From Eledone cirrhosa (lineage: Eukaryota): 64,000 nucleotides of DNA. The notes beneath the pieces were generated by a model. The model searched no databases. It was not told the DNA's origin and saw only the letters and a list, made by a program, of their open reading frames with translations. The translations under genes and the position numbers were made by a program. Of this stretch, positions 46,204 through 62,509 are shown piece by piece. The DNA is taken from NCBI GenBank assembly GCA_964016885.1, contig OZ024740.1, positions 314,154,001-314,218,000 of the forward strand. The letters run 5' to 3'. The first letter of the stretch is position 1; the number at the start of each line of letters is the position of its first letter.

Positions 46204-47419
46204 TGTGTAATCGTGCTAGAATAAAGCAACAGGTAAAATTACTCGTGGACGAGATGTTAGCATAAGAAATGGAGAAAATGATAGCATGGGAAAGGATAAT
46301 CAAAAAAGAAAAAAGAGAGAAAGTGAAAAGAAAGAGAAAAGACAGGGAAAACAGAAAGAGAAATAAATAAAATGGAAGAAGAAGAACAGTTGAGAAAGAA
46401 AAGAAAGAGAGAGACGACTGCAGACCTGCCAACCTCTAAAAACCCAAACGGGGAGTATCATGAAAAAAAGAGCCCCAAAACGGGGAGAAATGAGGCAAAA
46501 TAGTTCTTATTGTAAAAATCTTTATGGAGAAAATAACTACGACAAAAGTAAACACTGCCAAACTAAATACTCTCGGGTCCCAAATAATAGGGGAGTTGGA
46601 ATATGGGGGAGGGGACGGGGAAGAGAATTGGTCATTTTTCTAAGTTGTGTCTATCGATTTTTCAAAAATCCAGAATTAGTCGTTTAGTTTACATATTGAG
46701 ACCCCAACCCATTCTAATGCATGGGATTTCTTGTTATGTACGTTTTTTGTCATGTATAATGTGTAATATGAGGGGGCTGGAATAAGAGCGAGGGGATGGT
46801 TGGAAAAAAAAATCTGAAAATTTAATACCCGGGGTGGGCGATTATTCGAGTGCAGTTACTTAGAAGAATGCTACGAAGAAAACTGCAAGTTTAAACAGGA
46901 TACATCAAAATAAAAAAAATTTTATTGCAAAGATAGACGTGGACAGCTCTTACTGTAAAAATGTTTAGATAAAAAAGTGTAAAAAGTGTTAACAGCAAAA
47001 CTAAATACATCAGTTTTCTTCAGCAAAAAAGCTAATAATTGTTTCTACTTTAGGCACAAGGCCAGCAATTACCCAGTGCATTACTGGTACTTTATTTTAT
47101 CGACCCCGTAAGGATGAAAGGCAAAGTCAACCTCGGCGGGATTTGAACTCAGATCGTAAAGGGACGTAACTATGCTGGAAAGCATGACGTCCGACCCTCT
47201 ACCGATACTGCCAATCCAAAGCTAATAATAGCAGTTGATTCTCATTAAAAAAGAAAAAAAAAAAGAGAAACACAAGTAAAAAAAAGTTTTAACATCAGAT
47301 TCGCACGAATCAGATAGAGCTAGGTCTATAGTTCAGCCGAAACTATTTTATCATAAAATATATGACTATTAATAGGATGGAAATATCTTCCTCGTCAGGA
47401 GTGAGAGGGTTACAGATCA

Positions 47420-47700
47420 TTAACAAATACCGGGGATTGTCCGGCCGCTTCCTCTTCGCACCGGTCGCCGTTGAGATCTCAGGCTTTCTTGGACCCCGTA
47501 CTGCCGAGCTCCTCCGCAAGATCGGAACGTCGGCGGTGTGTCTGAGGAAGGAGCCTCGCGAGATTGGGTGGCTGTTGCCGCTGGTGTCACTGGCCATCGT
47601 CCGGGGGAATGCTTTTGTCGTCTTGTCCGCGAGGCGCAGCACTTCTGCCCTCTTGCCTGAGGCCCAAAGCCCAATCACCCTCCCCCCATCACCCCCTTTC
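47420..47700 (+). mobile_element. CRE-type retrotransposon 3' fragment
   Basis: KYRGLSGRFLFAPVAVEISGFLGP...VSLAIVRGNA. Confidence 0.7.
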
Positions 47701-48049
47701 TTCTGCGGCACCAGAGCTCTTGCCATCCCTTCCCTTTCTCGTTCTTTTTCTTCTTTCTTTCTCTCTTAGAAAAAAAATATAGTAATACAGAGGGATACAA
47801 AAGTGGGCACTCCTTATTTTTCAAGGTTCAATTATACTAAGCAGACAAAAGGTTTTTCTTTAAGTGGCTGTATTAACATATTCTTTAATATTTTAGTGTT
47901 CTTCAGCGTTGTCGTCATAATCAAATACGTGGCGATGTTTCTAACTGTAAATGTTGTATTTGAATATCTAACACAGCAAATAGTCGAAACGGGGTTCCTT
48001 TGAATGATCTCTTGAGTAATGTTACTCATAGGGTGCGTATTTCAGAGAT

Positions 48050-48332
48050 TAGGGAGTCACTCCAGGCAGAACCGATACTTCTCCGTATCGAGAGATCACA
48101 GCTCTGATATTATGGACAAAGAAAACAATCACAAGAGAGATTTTATGGGAAAAAATTAACCGGCAGGAGACTCCGATGTAGACTACGAGCAGGATGGTTG
48201 GATAACATCCATGAGCTCAGTTGGTGTTGCTTAGGTATGTAGCCATATCGTTTGGAAACGGTTGCTTCTGATAGGACCCTCTGAAATGCGTGTCCGAGGG
48301 CTCTGCCCCGTAACTCTTTTATAAAGAAGAAG
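48050..48332 (+). mobile_element. RTE LINE 3' fragment
   Basis: Same family. A further short piece lies at 33878-33955 (minus). Confidence 0.7.
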
Positions 48333-49890
48333 ATATCAAATTATAAAAAAATAATATGGTTTTGCTATAACAATTAACAATAAAATACCAATGGTAATTT
48401 CACTCTCTCTTCTCCCGTTCCATACTATCCAGGAATGTGGTGGAGTCAGGACCCAAGAAGACAGCTACATTCAACTCGATATAATTCTATCTTACTTCTC
48501 CTAACTTTCGACGGTCCAACCAGACTGAGCCACTATTACTGTATAGTAGAGTTATCGTTTTTCGTACGTTTTTCCATATTTGCACGGACTGGACAAAGGC
48601 CAGAACTTTTTCCGGTTTCATGAAAATTAAGCGATTGAGAATACAAGACCTCTCGCTTAGACACGAGGCCACTCTCTTGCAAGGGAAACCCCTTCTATTA
48701 CTGCTACAACAGACCTGTTAACTTTCCCCGTCCGATGGGGAGATCTCCCACTCACTTTGGGGTGGGTGAAGCCTTATTGAACATTATATCCATTTACGAA
48801 TACTACAACTTTATATTTACGATTCGAAGTAATCATATTTTTTTCTTGAAGTGAAGTAAAGATATTAATTGAACCAGAATTATTGATATTTGTTGTCTTT
48901 ATCATCCTTTTCCAGAACAACCAAAACTTCGCTTCATAGTAGCCCGGAAATATGTTGAAATATACTGAGTAAAACATTACTTTGTTTCGTTTTATTTGTC
49001 ATCATTTGCCCTTCGTGTTTTTCCACCACATTGTACCGGCCTTTTAAGAATGATCGGTCTTTTACTTATAGGTTTTTTTTTTAAATCAATATTAAAATAT
49101 TAAAACTACTGATATTTATGTTTCTTAATTATTCACTATCTAAATTTGGATTTAGTTAAAATTTCACGATATTGGAGATTAACATAAAATATTTACCAAA
49201 TACTTTCAATATCGAATACTTTCGTTCTTTCAATACTTTCATTTATGTCTTCCTTATAACGATGAATATATTTGAAATCAAAATTCTAAATAATATATGA
49301 ACAGAACAGCAAAACAATAGATATTAAAACCAAAAAGGTTTTATATTATAAAAATGAATATAATATTCTTGACAGCATGACTCTCCCAACTATAACAATA
49401 GAAGTCATTTCTAATTTAAGAACATAACAATGATATCAATAAACAATTAAAGAATGCATTGTTTAAGAATGGTAGTTTTCAAATTCTGAATTACCACCAT
49501 GCTCAAAATATATTGCGTGTAGGCATGAGGCAGTGAGTTCAATTTTCTGATGTGTTGTGTACTTGAACAAGACACTTAATTTCTAGTTACTTCAGTCCAC
49601 TCAGCTGTAGAAATGAGTTGCGAGTCACTGGTGCCAAGTTGTAACAGCCATTGCTTTTCCCTTGGATAACATCGGCGGCGTAAAGAGGGGAGACTGGTAT
49701 GTATGGATGACTGCTGGTCTTCCACAAAAAATCATACAAATCCTAGGGTCCTCTCTCCTTAAAGTTCACATTATGAATGATTAGCATGCTGTAGTTCACA
49801 GTATGAATAGTCACATAAATGTGTTAATAAATATAATGTATAAGTATTTAATAATTAATCATTTCTTTGATTTTAATGATTTATGCGCGC

Positions 49891-50573
<683 letters not shown>

Positions 50574-50756
50574 TCTGTCAAGAAAGATGGGAAGGAAGGT
50601 ATAGAAGAGTGATAGGACCAGTTGAGAATGTGTTCGTCAGTTTATTAGTCTTTGCTATTATTGTTACTGACCTTAATAACACCTGATGGAAAGACAAACA
50701 CTTACTCAATGTTGCCAGCGTATATTGACTTGGATGAGAATGTCGTTATCGTTGTC

Positions 50757-51760
50757 GTGGTGGTGGTGGTGGTGGTGGTGGCGGTGGTGGTGGTGGTGGT
50801 GGTGGTGGTGGTGGTGGCAGCGGTGGTGGTGGTGGTGGTGTTGATGGTGGTGGTGGTGGTGGTGGTGGTGATGGTGGTGGTGTTGATGGCGGTGGTGGTG
50901 GTGGTGGTGGTGGTGGTGGTGGTGGTGGTGGTGGCGGTGGTGGTGGTGGTGGTGGTGGTGGCGGTGGTGGTGGCGGTGGTGATGGTGGTGGTGGTGGTGG
51001 TGGTGGTGGTGGTGGTGGTGGTGGTGGTGGCGGTGGTGGTGGTGGTGGTGGTGGTGGTGGTGGTGGTGGTGGTGGTGGTGGTGGTGGTGGTGGTGGTGGC
51101 GGTGGTGTTGATGGCGGTGGTGGTGGTGGTGGTGGTGGTGGTGGTGGTGGTGGTGGTGGTGGTGGTGGTGGTGGTGGTGGTGGTGGTGGTGGTGGTGGTG
51201 TTGATGGCGGTGGTGGTGGTGGTGGTGGTGGTGGTGGTGGCGGTGGCGGTGGTGGTGGTGGTGGTGTTGATGATGGTGGTGGTGGTGGTGGTGGTGGTGG
51301 TGGTGGTGGTGGTGGTGATGGTGGTGGTGTTGATGGTGGTGGTGGTGGTGGTGATGGTGGTGGTGGTGGTGGTGGTGGTGATGGTGGTGTTGATGGTGGT
51401 GGTGGTGGTGGTGGTGGTGGTGGTGGTGGTGGTGGTGGCGGTGGTGATGGTTGTGGTGGCGGTGGCGGTGGTGGTTGTGGTGGTGGCGGTGGCGGTGGTG
51501 GTGGTGTTGATGGCGGTGGTGGTGGTGTTGGTGGTTGTGGTGGCGGTGGCGGTGGTGGCTGTGGTGGTAGTGGTGGTGGTGGTGGTGGTGTTGGCGGTGG
51601 TGGTTGTGGTGGTGGTGGTGTTGGTGGTGGTGGTGTAGTTGGTGATGGTGGTGTTGATTATGGTGGTTGTGTTGATGGCGGTGGTGGTGCTGGTGGTGGT
51701 GCTGGTGGTGGGTGGTGGTAGCGGTGGCGGTGCTGGTGCTACTGCTGGTGGTGGTGGTAA
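50757..51760. repeat. About 1 kb imperfect (GGT)n array
   Basis: Direct reading. Similar GGT-rich tracts lie at 9878-10080 and 10400-11010. Confidence 0.95.
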
Positions 51761-52041
51761 CAACACGTTTTAAGTGTCAGCGATCTTGCAGGCTTTGTGA
51801 CAGCAATAATTGCAAGAATCTCCATCTGTACAGAAGGTGTAGCTAGTACATTATCATTGCACTGACAATATTGTTACAATGGTGGGGGTGAAACTAGCCA
51901 AACTGTCACCATGTCAACACTGCTGCAATGCAGAAAGTGCAACTGCAAAGCAGAAAATGAAACAAACCAAGCTATCACCGTGTCATCACCGCTGCAGGAA
52001 GTGCAATAAACCGCAGTCATTGAGTCGATACTATTGCAATG

Positions 52042-52360
52042 TTTCTTCTTCCTCTTCTTCGCCCACTTATTCCTGAGAGGGTCGTGGGGACAGACTCCTT
52101 AAACACTCCTTCCAGTGGGTCCTGTTAGAAGCAACTGTCTCCAACTCATCCACCTGGATCCTCAAGCGTGACCAGCCAAGCTCATGAATGTTATCCAACC
52201 ATCTTGCTCGTGGTCTACCTCTGGGTCTTTTGCTGATTGGTTTTGCCAGTAAAATCTGTCCAGTGATTCTTTCCTGAGACATTCTAACCACATGCCCAAA
52301 ATATCGGAGCTGTGATCTCTCAATTTGGAGAAGTAGGGGTTCTACCTGGAGTGACTCTCT
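52042..52360 (-). mobile_element. RTE-clade LINE 3' end
   Basis: LQVEPLLLQIERSQLRYFGHVVRMSQER...KRPRGRPRARWLDNI, with a GAA-type tail. Confidence 0.85.
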
Positions 52361-53212
52361 ATTGCAGTGTGGAAAGTGCAATATACATATAACACTGTTA
52401 TTGAGCCAACACATCTACAGTGCAAAAGGTGCAGTTAGACACTCTCTCATTACTATTAAAGCAACTCTCGCACAGATGATGAGAGAGGCAACACTGTTAT
52501 TTAGTCATCACTACTTTAATGAAACCAGACATAATAACTGTCATATATGTCTACCTCTTTAGTCATTTCTCGTGATATTTTATTTTATTTGTCTTTCTTT
52601 TTTTTCTTCCTTTTCCTCCGTTTTTCCTTTGTTTTCTTTCACACAGTTCTTTCTCCTTGCCTCCCTTCTCTTCCATATTTTTTCAACATTAAAGCCTTTC
52701 CTCTGCAGTTAAAGAAATAATCCTCTTAAGAAACCATTGAGGTCAAGAATGCTCGTTCTCTTGGCCTTCTCCCTTTCTCTTGTCGTCTGCTTCCCTTGTT
52801 ATGTAAACACTAGTTTTGTTGTCTTATTACCCCTACCCTGTCACACTCACTCATTTCTGTAAATATCAATAGTGAAGGGAAGCAGAGTATTGTATCAGGA
52901 TTTCGTTTAGAGAAAATCAAATATCAATAAAGCAGGTATGATGTATCTAAACAGAAGTTCAAGGAAAAGAACGTCACCAAGTTTCATGTAAACGTGGAAC
53001 ACGAATGTCATTAAAGGTCGAACGAATAGATGTAAGGGAGTGGGATAGTGTTTAAAAGTATAACTTTGATTTCCTGTCTGACTGTATATTGCTAGAGAAG
53101 TGTAAAAGCTAAGAGTGGATTGAAGTGTAATAGCGATCAGTTGAAATAGAATGAAGGAAGTAGCAATAACTCTAGTATATAACATGTGGTGCGGTAAATA
53201 AATATATACCTA

Positions 53213-54340
<1,128 letters not shown>

Positions 54341-55477
54341 AACCAAACTCTCATTGTCATTGCCTCGGTCTCTCCGCTCTCACTATTATGAACAAATGGG
54401 AGCCCACGTGCTGATCGCTACAGGGATCCTTAGTAGAACAAAGAATCTTTGTGTTGCGTTTCGACCATGTTGCTGTATTGGTAAAAAGAAAATCGAAATA
54501 TATCAACAATATAAAATAACAGTTGTAGTTTGTTTACACAAACATTCAGATGAGCAAACAATGGCACTAATTAATTTCTCATATGGTTATTAGTTCTTGT
54601 AAACAAGTATGTTTAAGCTTTTGTTATCTGTTCAGTAAGTTCATAATATTTGGAGAGTGAGAATTAAGATCTCGTCGGTACCTAAATGTGGTTCTTAAAT
54701 GGTTGAGTTGATTAAATTATGGCCTTCTGACCAACGATAACAGTTCGGCTGAACCAATGGTCTAATTTCTTAACTGTAAATAAGTATCATGAGAAAGTAG
54801 AATTTAATTTGTGAACATGACTAACGATCTTTTAGTGAGTTTGCAATGTTTAGCATTTAGCAAACGTGTCTCGGGTTAGAGTTTGAAAAGAGATCAACTC
54901 TGCAGTTATTTGTGCACACTCACTATATGACGATGAAGCTCTATAATGCATCGAATTGTGCGGAATCCATCGGATATAAATACATAGATGATATGATGGC
55001 TGCATCAAGATTTCGAGAATTGCCATCACTTGATCCTTTTCTCACACATGAGTGGCACGAACCTGACTTTTTAGCCTTGCCAAAGATTTACTTACATTCC
55101 TTTCGGCATATGCTACAACAAAAATTAAAAATGCTTTTATCGGCTACGGCCAGCCATGATGCTCAACCAATATACGTGACGAGGCTGCCATCGTTAAAAT
55201 ATAGTTGATAACAAATATGCTTGATCAGGGTTCACCTATGGCTAAACAAAAACAACTCCAACATATGTTAATTCCATCTACAACCACAAATCTCTATTCA
55301 CTGACTACATGTATGTGTAAGTATGCATATATAGTTATATTCTGGCAGTGATATAATGAGGCAAAAACCTTGGGTAATGACCGAAACAATACGATCGCGA
55401 ATACAAGCGGCCGAAATGGGATTCCTCCAAAGGATCTTTGGAGTAACGTTACTCGATAGAGTGTGTAGCTCGGAGAT

Positions 55478-55872
55478 CAGAGTCACTCCAGGTAGAGACT
55501 CTACTTCTCCGAATTGAGAGATTACAGCTCCAATATTATGGGCATGTGGTTAGAATATCTCTGGAAAGAATCGCTTTTTACGGGCAAAACCAACCGACAG
55601 GAGGCACAGAAGTAGACCCCGAGCAAGATGGTTGGATAATATCATGAGTTTGGCTGGTCCCGCATGTGGATCCAGCCAGGTCAGTTGGAGATGGTTGCTT
55701 TTGACAGGATCCGCTGGAAGGAGTGTTTGAGGACTCTGTCCCGACGACCCTCCCAGGATTAAGTGGGAGAAGAAGAAGAAGAAGAAGAAGAAGAAGAAGA
55801 AGAAGAAGAAGAAGAAGAAGAAGAAGAAGAAGAAGAAGAAGAAGAAGAAGAAGAAGAAGAAGAAGAAGAAGA
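55478..55872 (+). mobile_element. RTE LINE 3' end with (GAA)n tail
   Basis: Homologous to 52042-52360, with an expanded (AAG)n tail. Confidence 0.8.
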
Positions 55873-56622
55873 ATGTTCAATCAATTGAAATTAAACCGGT
55901 AATAAGAAGAAAGTCACATTACAAACGAGAAATTTCAACTGACTCTACCAAACAATAAGGGAAATATGACCCAATGAAGGAAGCTCTAGCCTGACTTACT
56001 AGAAATAACAGTCAAAGTCCGTCTACTCTCAAAAGGAAAGGTTACATTTAGCAATATAGTCCTAGATTTACAAAGAGATGGGTTGGTCACGGCTGGGTTT
56101 ACCTCGTAAGCCTACTCAACCAGGGCCTACCTGAAGCTAAACAACAACATACTTACCTATATTATACTCCACATGGCTATACATTTACACATTATTTTTC
56201 TCCCTTACACGTACACACACGCGCGCGCATACCCATATACACTATAGCCTTTCCGTTAATTTCTTCTCTCTTACTCACGCCCTCACACGAACACACACAG
56301 AGACACACACCCATACAATTTTCTAATTATTCACATACCTCAACGTTGTATTTAAGACTATTTAACAGAATTCGTAATATAATCGGCTTGTCTATAGCCT
56401 ACAGCTAGAGGATTATAAATCTTGCTCATGTGACCTTCTTGTGCACCTGACTGTGTTTCATATTTTGATGTTATAATTTTCTTGTTAGTGTTTATCCGGC
56501 TTCAAAGCAAGGTTAGCTTGTGTATCATATTGATACAACTGAGATGTTGCTCCAATCGACGCATTCTTCTATCTGATATTCGAGGCTTATCGTATTTTTT
56601 TTTAGCCTTATACATATATATA

Positions 56623-56792
56623 CAGGTAAAATTCCGTTGTAACGAATACCATTATAACGAATTTTTATGTATAACGAATTTTTTTAATTTCCCGAGGTAA
56701 TAACAAACAAACGTTCGATTACTTTCGGTCGATCTCGTTATAAAGAATTTTTCATTACGACGATTTTATTTCATACCCCGTGAATTTCACTG
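56623..56792. mobile_element. pogo/Tigger-type MITE
   Basis: TA|caggtaaaattc ... gaatttcactg|TA, with repeated ataacgaa motifs. Confidence 0.6.
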
Positions 56793-57867
56793 TATATAAA
56801 TAAAATATCTACAATTTAATATGCTGGTATATGTATGTAACATGTGGTCCGAACAGAAAGGAACCAAACTCCCACTGTCACTGTCTCTGTCTCTCCCGCT
56901 TTCTAAAGATATTTAGAATATTTCATCCGATGTTATAAGAACATGACTAATTCGCCGACATTACACGTTAATGTTATAATAATATTATTCTGTGTTAAGG
57001 TAATTTACGTTTAATCAGTAAAATGAGAGGGTGATAACATTGTCCATACGTATACTGAAATATATTTATATTTTTTCACTAGTTGCAAACATGTCATGTC
57101 TCCCCATCCGACGGGGGAGATCTCCCACTGCTTTGGGATAGGTGAGAGATTTCTTCTCTTGTGAAAATGGGTATAGCTTTCATTATGATAAAATAAAGTA
57201 CCAGTAATGTACTAGGATAATTGCTGGCCTTGTGCCAAAAAGTAGAAACAATTATATAAAATCTCCCCATTTTGCCTCATTTCTCCCCGTTTTGGGGCAC
57301 CTTTTATCATGGTATTCCGTGTTTGGATGTTTAGAGGTTGGCAGGTCTGTAGTTGTATTCCTCGGACTGCGGTACAGCCTTCATAAGAGAACAGATCCTC
57401 CGAAAACGACGTGAACCGCGAATCTTATCGCACTTTCGGACTATCAGGTTACCAATTATATACCATACGGTCTTGGCAAAGTGGATTAGACTTGCAGAAA
57501 ACTCTGACTATATTTCAAAATTCATTCAAAAACAAAACTATATAATTTTGCTCACGTGTCTACATTTTTTCAGCCACTTAATTCTAATATATCGTGAAAT
57601 AGCGTCAAATAACAGACAGACCTAAAATAGTTCACCAAGTAATTCTAACTGGGCTGCAGATATATGAAAGCTCTCATATATATATATATATATGTGTGTG
57701 TATGTATGTGTATATATATATATATATATGTGTATGTATGTATATATATATACGTAATACACATACATACGTACACAAACACACACACGCATATATATGT
57801 GTGTGTGTTTGTGTACGTATGTATATACGTGTATTATATACATACACACACACACATATATATATAT

Positions 57868-57968
57868 AATTAGAAATATAAGCTTTCACCGTATTTTTTA
57901 CTAAAGAAAGTTTTAGGCAAAAGAAATTTCTTTAGTCAAAAATACGGTGAAAGCTTATATTTCTAATT
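57868..57968. repeat. Hairpin island between TA-rich tracts, with possible HHR 3' half (GAAAGCTT)
   Basis: About 42-bp inverted arms, 57868-57909 and 57927-57968. Confidence 0.55.
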
Positions 57969-58434
57969 TCAAACTCGCTCACTGTTTCAAAACATACTTA
58001 CATAAATATATATATATATAGTATTAAGGATACTATTTATGGTTATGTATATACTAAAACCTTTTATAGTTATATATATTTTAAACCCTAAACAGTGAAA
58101 GACAGTAATTTATTACTACCTTATTACCAGTAAGATAAATAGCTCAATGTAATAACATCTGTTGTTCTACAGAGCAGTTATATAGAAATTACATGAATCA
58201 AAGTTCTGTTCAAATCATTTATTCGCTTACAATTGTTTCTTCCAAACCGAGGTTTGTATTATAACTTTAATTTTGTTGTAATTTTCTTTTAATATGACTT
58301 TAATCTTTGAATGTAAACTGCCATGCTTAAATATTATAATGGATATCAACCCACTGTGCATCAATATATACATATGTTTCTGTATGTCTCTTGTGTTGAA
58401 AAGGAGGACATGTATGTAATCAATCATTGAAAAA

Positions 58435-58483
58435 TTGCTCCGAAGACTCCAAACCTCGGTTTGGAAGAAACAATTGTAAGCGA
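58435..58483 (+). ncRNA. Type I hammerhead motif (core CCGAAGA variant) in inverted-repeat island 58186-58520
   Basis: ttgct-CCGAAGA-c-tccaaac/ctcg/gtttgga-a-GAAAC-AATT-GTA-agcga. The 3' part is copied in inversion at 58186-58256, and the island ends at (TA)n. Confidence 0.7.
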
Positions 58484-58516
58484 ATAAATGATTTGAACAG
58501 AACTTTGATTCATGTA

Positions 58517-58570
<54 letters not shown>

Positions 58571-59100
58571 TGAAACTATATTACCCAAGGTACTTGGATA
58601 AGTATATTTCATTTTAATCAAAGGGTTCCCCGGGGGCACAAACTCTCGCTGAAAATTTTTTCCCTTCGATTTATATGAAATTTAAAAAATAGTTAAATGA
58701 CAAGCTATGATGCCTATTCACAAAATTTCAGCAAATTTCAATAATATTAAGACACCTGTAGTGAAAATTTTGGAAGCCCATAACTTGAGTATTGGAACTT
58801 TGAATTTCTAATTTGAAAATAATACTTTACACAAAAATGAAATGACCAAGGTTTGAATTGATATTTTGAAAAAAATTATTTACAAGAAACAAAATAAAAA
58901 TAAGATTTAATAATGTAATTTTGATTTGATATATTACAAAAAACAATGTTTTCCAATTTTTCATGCATTACATTTTACATTGAGTAATATTGAAAGGCAG
59001 AGTTTTTCTCCATAAATTATATCACTGATTTAAAATCAATCATCATTTTCTTACAAAAGAAAAATGTGTGAAATGCAGCAAGGCGCAGGTAATTCGGCTA

Positions 59101-59153
<53 letters not shown>

Positions 59154-59156
<3 letters not shown>

Positions 59157-59481
59157 TGAAGACAGCATATATATGTGTAGGTATGTATATTCCCTCTGAT
59201 AGTTTGTATAAATATTGTACATAGATCTAAAGAATATGCATACCAACTATAGCACATATATATCCTAGAAACGATCGTAAAATGATGATTTTTTTTTTAA
59301 TATAAGGAACTGTTTCTTTGTTTATTCATTATTTTATTAATTTATCTTGACTCTGTTTTCCGTTTATTTTTCACCGAAAGTAGTTTTTGAATGCATCTTC
59401 TCTTTTCATGATATCCGGATTACATTGAGTTCTTCATACGGATTGGACACTACCGTAAACTTTTGGTAGATTTATCTACAT
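59154..59481 (+). mobile_element. Solo diverged PLE pLTR with hammerhead (59156-59288)
   Basis: Diverged homolog of 62363-62700. CTGAAGA...GAAAC-GATC-GTA-aaatgatga. (TA)n on both sides, and the 5' strand of stem I is cut off by the microsatellite. Confidence 0.75.
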
Positions 59482-59544
59482 ATATATATATGTATATATA
59501 TTTCGTTTCTGTTATTGGCAACATGACCCTCCCAAAGTATAACA

Positions 59545-59597
<53 letters not shown>

Positions 59598-59642
59598 TAA
59601 ACAAATAATGAATAAACAATTCCTTATATTAAACAAAAAAAG

Positions 59643-59797
59643 TTCATTATTTAACGATCGTTTCTAGGGTATATATGTGTTATAATTGGTATGCATATTC
59701 AACAGATCTATGTACAAAATTATACAAAATTATACAAATTATCAAGATTAAATATACATACCTAACACATATATACGCCGTCTTCAGAAATAATGAA
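59643..59797 (-). ncRNA. Type I hammerhead ribozyme (inverted pLTR copy)
   Basis: Reverse complement of 62355-62509. Confidence 0.78.
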
Positions 59798-60190
59798 GTA
59801 TATTTATTGATAATAACAACAATTCAAAATATCAGTTCAAAATTGACCAATGAAAACACAAAGGGTTAAAAGCAGTTCGGTGTGTGTATATACATGTAAA
59901 ATCCTTACACATATTTTACAAAAATGTGTGTATAATTTGTATACGCATACTAAAAAGATGGATGCAAACACAAAATTTCAAGGTTAATATCTCTGTAAGC
60001 TTAATGCGCTGATAAGATGCGCATTGATACTTATGGAGTCAAGCATATAAATATATTTTTTCATACTCACACATATCAGTATAATCACACATACATGCGC
60101 GTATATGCATAAATATACACATAACCACGAACATACAAACACACACACTCCCCCACTCAACATTTATATATGTGGATATAAAATCATAAG

Positions 60191-60405
60191 TGTATGTGTG
60201 TTGTGTATATATATGTATGTCTCTCTATTTATATGTTTATCTTCGTATCTATGTGATATATGTGTGTGTGTGTGCACGTATGCATATGTATGTGTTTGTG
60301 TGTGTTTGTATGTGTGTGTGTATGTATGTGTATGTGCGCACACACACATACACATATATATATATATATATATGTGAATGTGTATGTGTGTCTGTGTGTG
60401 TGTGT

Positions 60406-60456
<51 letters not shown>

Positions 60457-60897
60457 GATATATATATATATATATATATATATAGGTGTCTATGTGTGAA
60501 TATATGTCTTTATTCGTATGTGTGTATTTATGTATGTATATATTTATGTGTATGTATGTATGTGTATGTATGTATGTATATATATATATATATATATATG
60601 TATATGTATATATATATATGTATATTATTCTTTATTATTATAATATAACTTATGTGTATATGTGTATAAGTGAGGTTGTGTATGTATATATAATATGTGT
60701 ATATATAAGAGTAATAAAATATATATATATATATATATATGTGCATGTCTGTTTTTTATGTGTGTGTATATATATATATATATGTATATATATGTATATA
60801 TATGTACGTGTGTGTATATGGATATATGTATATATATATATATACATGTGGGTGTTTGTATGTGTTTTTATGGTGGTATGTGTGTGTGGATATATAT

Positions 60898-60936
<39 letters not shown>

Positions 60937-60942
60937 AGTCTA

Positions 60943-60993
<51 letters not shown>

Positions 60994-61332
60994 ATATATG
61001 TGTGTGTATGTATATATATATGTGTATGTGTGTGTGTATATATATATATATATCTCTATTAATGCGTGTGTGTATGTATATACATATGCCTTTTTATTAT
61101 TATTTTTTATTATTATCTTTATTTGTATGTCTGAGTTTGGTTAGGTTGTATTGTTTTTTATGTATATACACATTTATGGAAGCGTATGTATTTATATATA
61201 TGAGTATAAGTAGGTGCATATGTATGTATGATTATATATCTAATTCTATGTATGAAGGTACATCTATATATATATATATATATATACGTGTGTATGTAAG
61301 TTGTGTGTGTATGTATCTATATGTCTATGTGA

Positions 61333-61378
<46 letters not shown>

Positions 61379-61467
61379 CGATGTGCGTATATGTATGTAC
61401 ATGTATGTACATGTATGTGTGTATGTATGTGTATGTATATTTAGATGTATGTGTATGTATATGTATA

Positions 61468-61522
<55 letters not shown>

Positions 61523-61820
61523 ATATATATATATATATGGATATATATCTTTATTATCTATATTTTTTTTATATATATGTGTATGTGTGTATGTGTTGCG
61601 CGTGTGTGTGTGTGTATATATATATATCTTTTTATATGTGTATGTGTATGTTCGTGTAAGTGTATGTGTGTGTATGACTGTATATGTATGTGTGTATGTG
61701 TGTATGCGTAAATATCTCTATGTGTGCGTACATGTATGTATGTGTGTTTATATATCTGTATGTGTATATATATTATATTATAGTTATTATATTTTATTGT
61801 TTTATTTTTTTTATTTTTCT
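60191..61820. repeat. Degenerate (TA)/(TG) microsatellite spacer between the PLE inverted repeats
   Basis: Direct reading. The 445-aa ORF here is an artefact. Confidence 0.9.
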
Positions 61821-62354
61821 TAATTTATAGATACATTTATATTAGGCAGTCTGCTCAGACAATTGAATACTGACCCCTCCCCCCCCTCCCACCTAATTTC
61901 TGTATCTTGATCTTAAAATGTGTGTGCCAGTGTTTTATGTGAGTGATTTAATTTCTATGTGCTTATGATTTTATATCCACATATATAAATGTTGAGTGGG
62001 GGAGTGTGTGTGTTTGTATGTTCGTGGTTATGTGTATATTTATGCATATACGCGCATGTATGTGTGATTATACTGATATGTGTGAGTATGAAAAAATATA
62101 TTTATATGCTTGACTCCATAAGTATCAATGCGCATCTTATCAGCGCATTAAGCTTACAGAGATATTAACCTTGAAATTTTGTGTTTGCATCCATCTTTTT
62201 AGTATGCGTATACAAATTATACACACATTTTTGTAAAATATGTGTAAGGATTTTACATGTATATACACACACCGAACTGCTTTTAACCCTTTGTGTTTTC
62301 ATTGGTCAATTTTGAACTGATATTTTGAATTGTTGTTATTATCAATAAATATAC

Positions 62355-62509
62355 TTCATTATTTCTGAAGACGGCGTATATATGTGTTAGGTATGTATAT
62401 TTAATCTTGATAATTTGTATAATTTTGTATAATTTTGTACATAGATCTGTTGAATATGCATACCAATTATAACACATATATACCCTAGAAACGATCGTTA
62501 AATAATGAA
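62355..62509 (+). ncRNA. Type I hammerhead ribozyme with long stem II (PLE pLTR)
   Basis: Stem I ttcattattt/aaataatgaa (10 bp). CTGAAGA at 62365. Stem II of about 115 nt (gtatatatgtgtta/taacacatatatac; ggtatgtatatt/aatatgcatacc). GAAAC-GATC-GTT with palindromic stem III. Confidence 0.8.

Noticed and set aside
50652-51766. Poly-Thr mucin-like or poly-Val ORFs
   Set aside because: Translation of a (GGT)n microsatellite with no signal peptide or splice evidence. The same applies to 9783-11090.
54395-55208. Possible host exons or transposase remnant (also 57350-57460)
   Set aside because: No recognisable protein family and no supportable splice pattern. A translated search would be needed.
59073-59102. 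Helitron 3' end (weak hairpin plus CTAG|T)
   Set aside because: The hairpin is poor and no matching 5' TC end could be defined.
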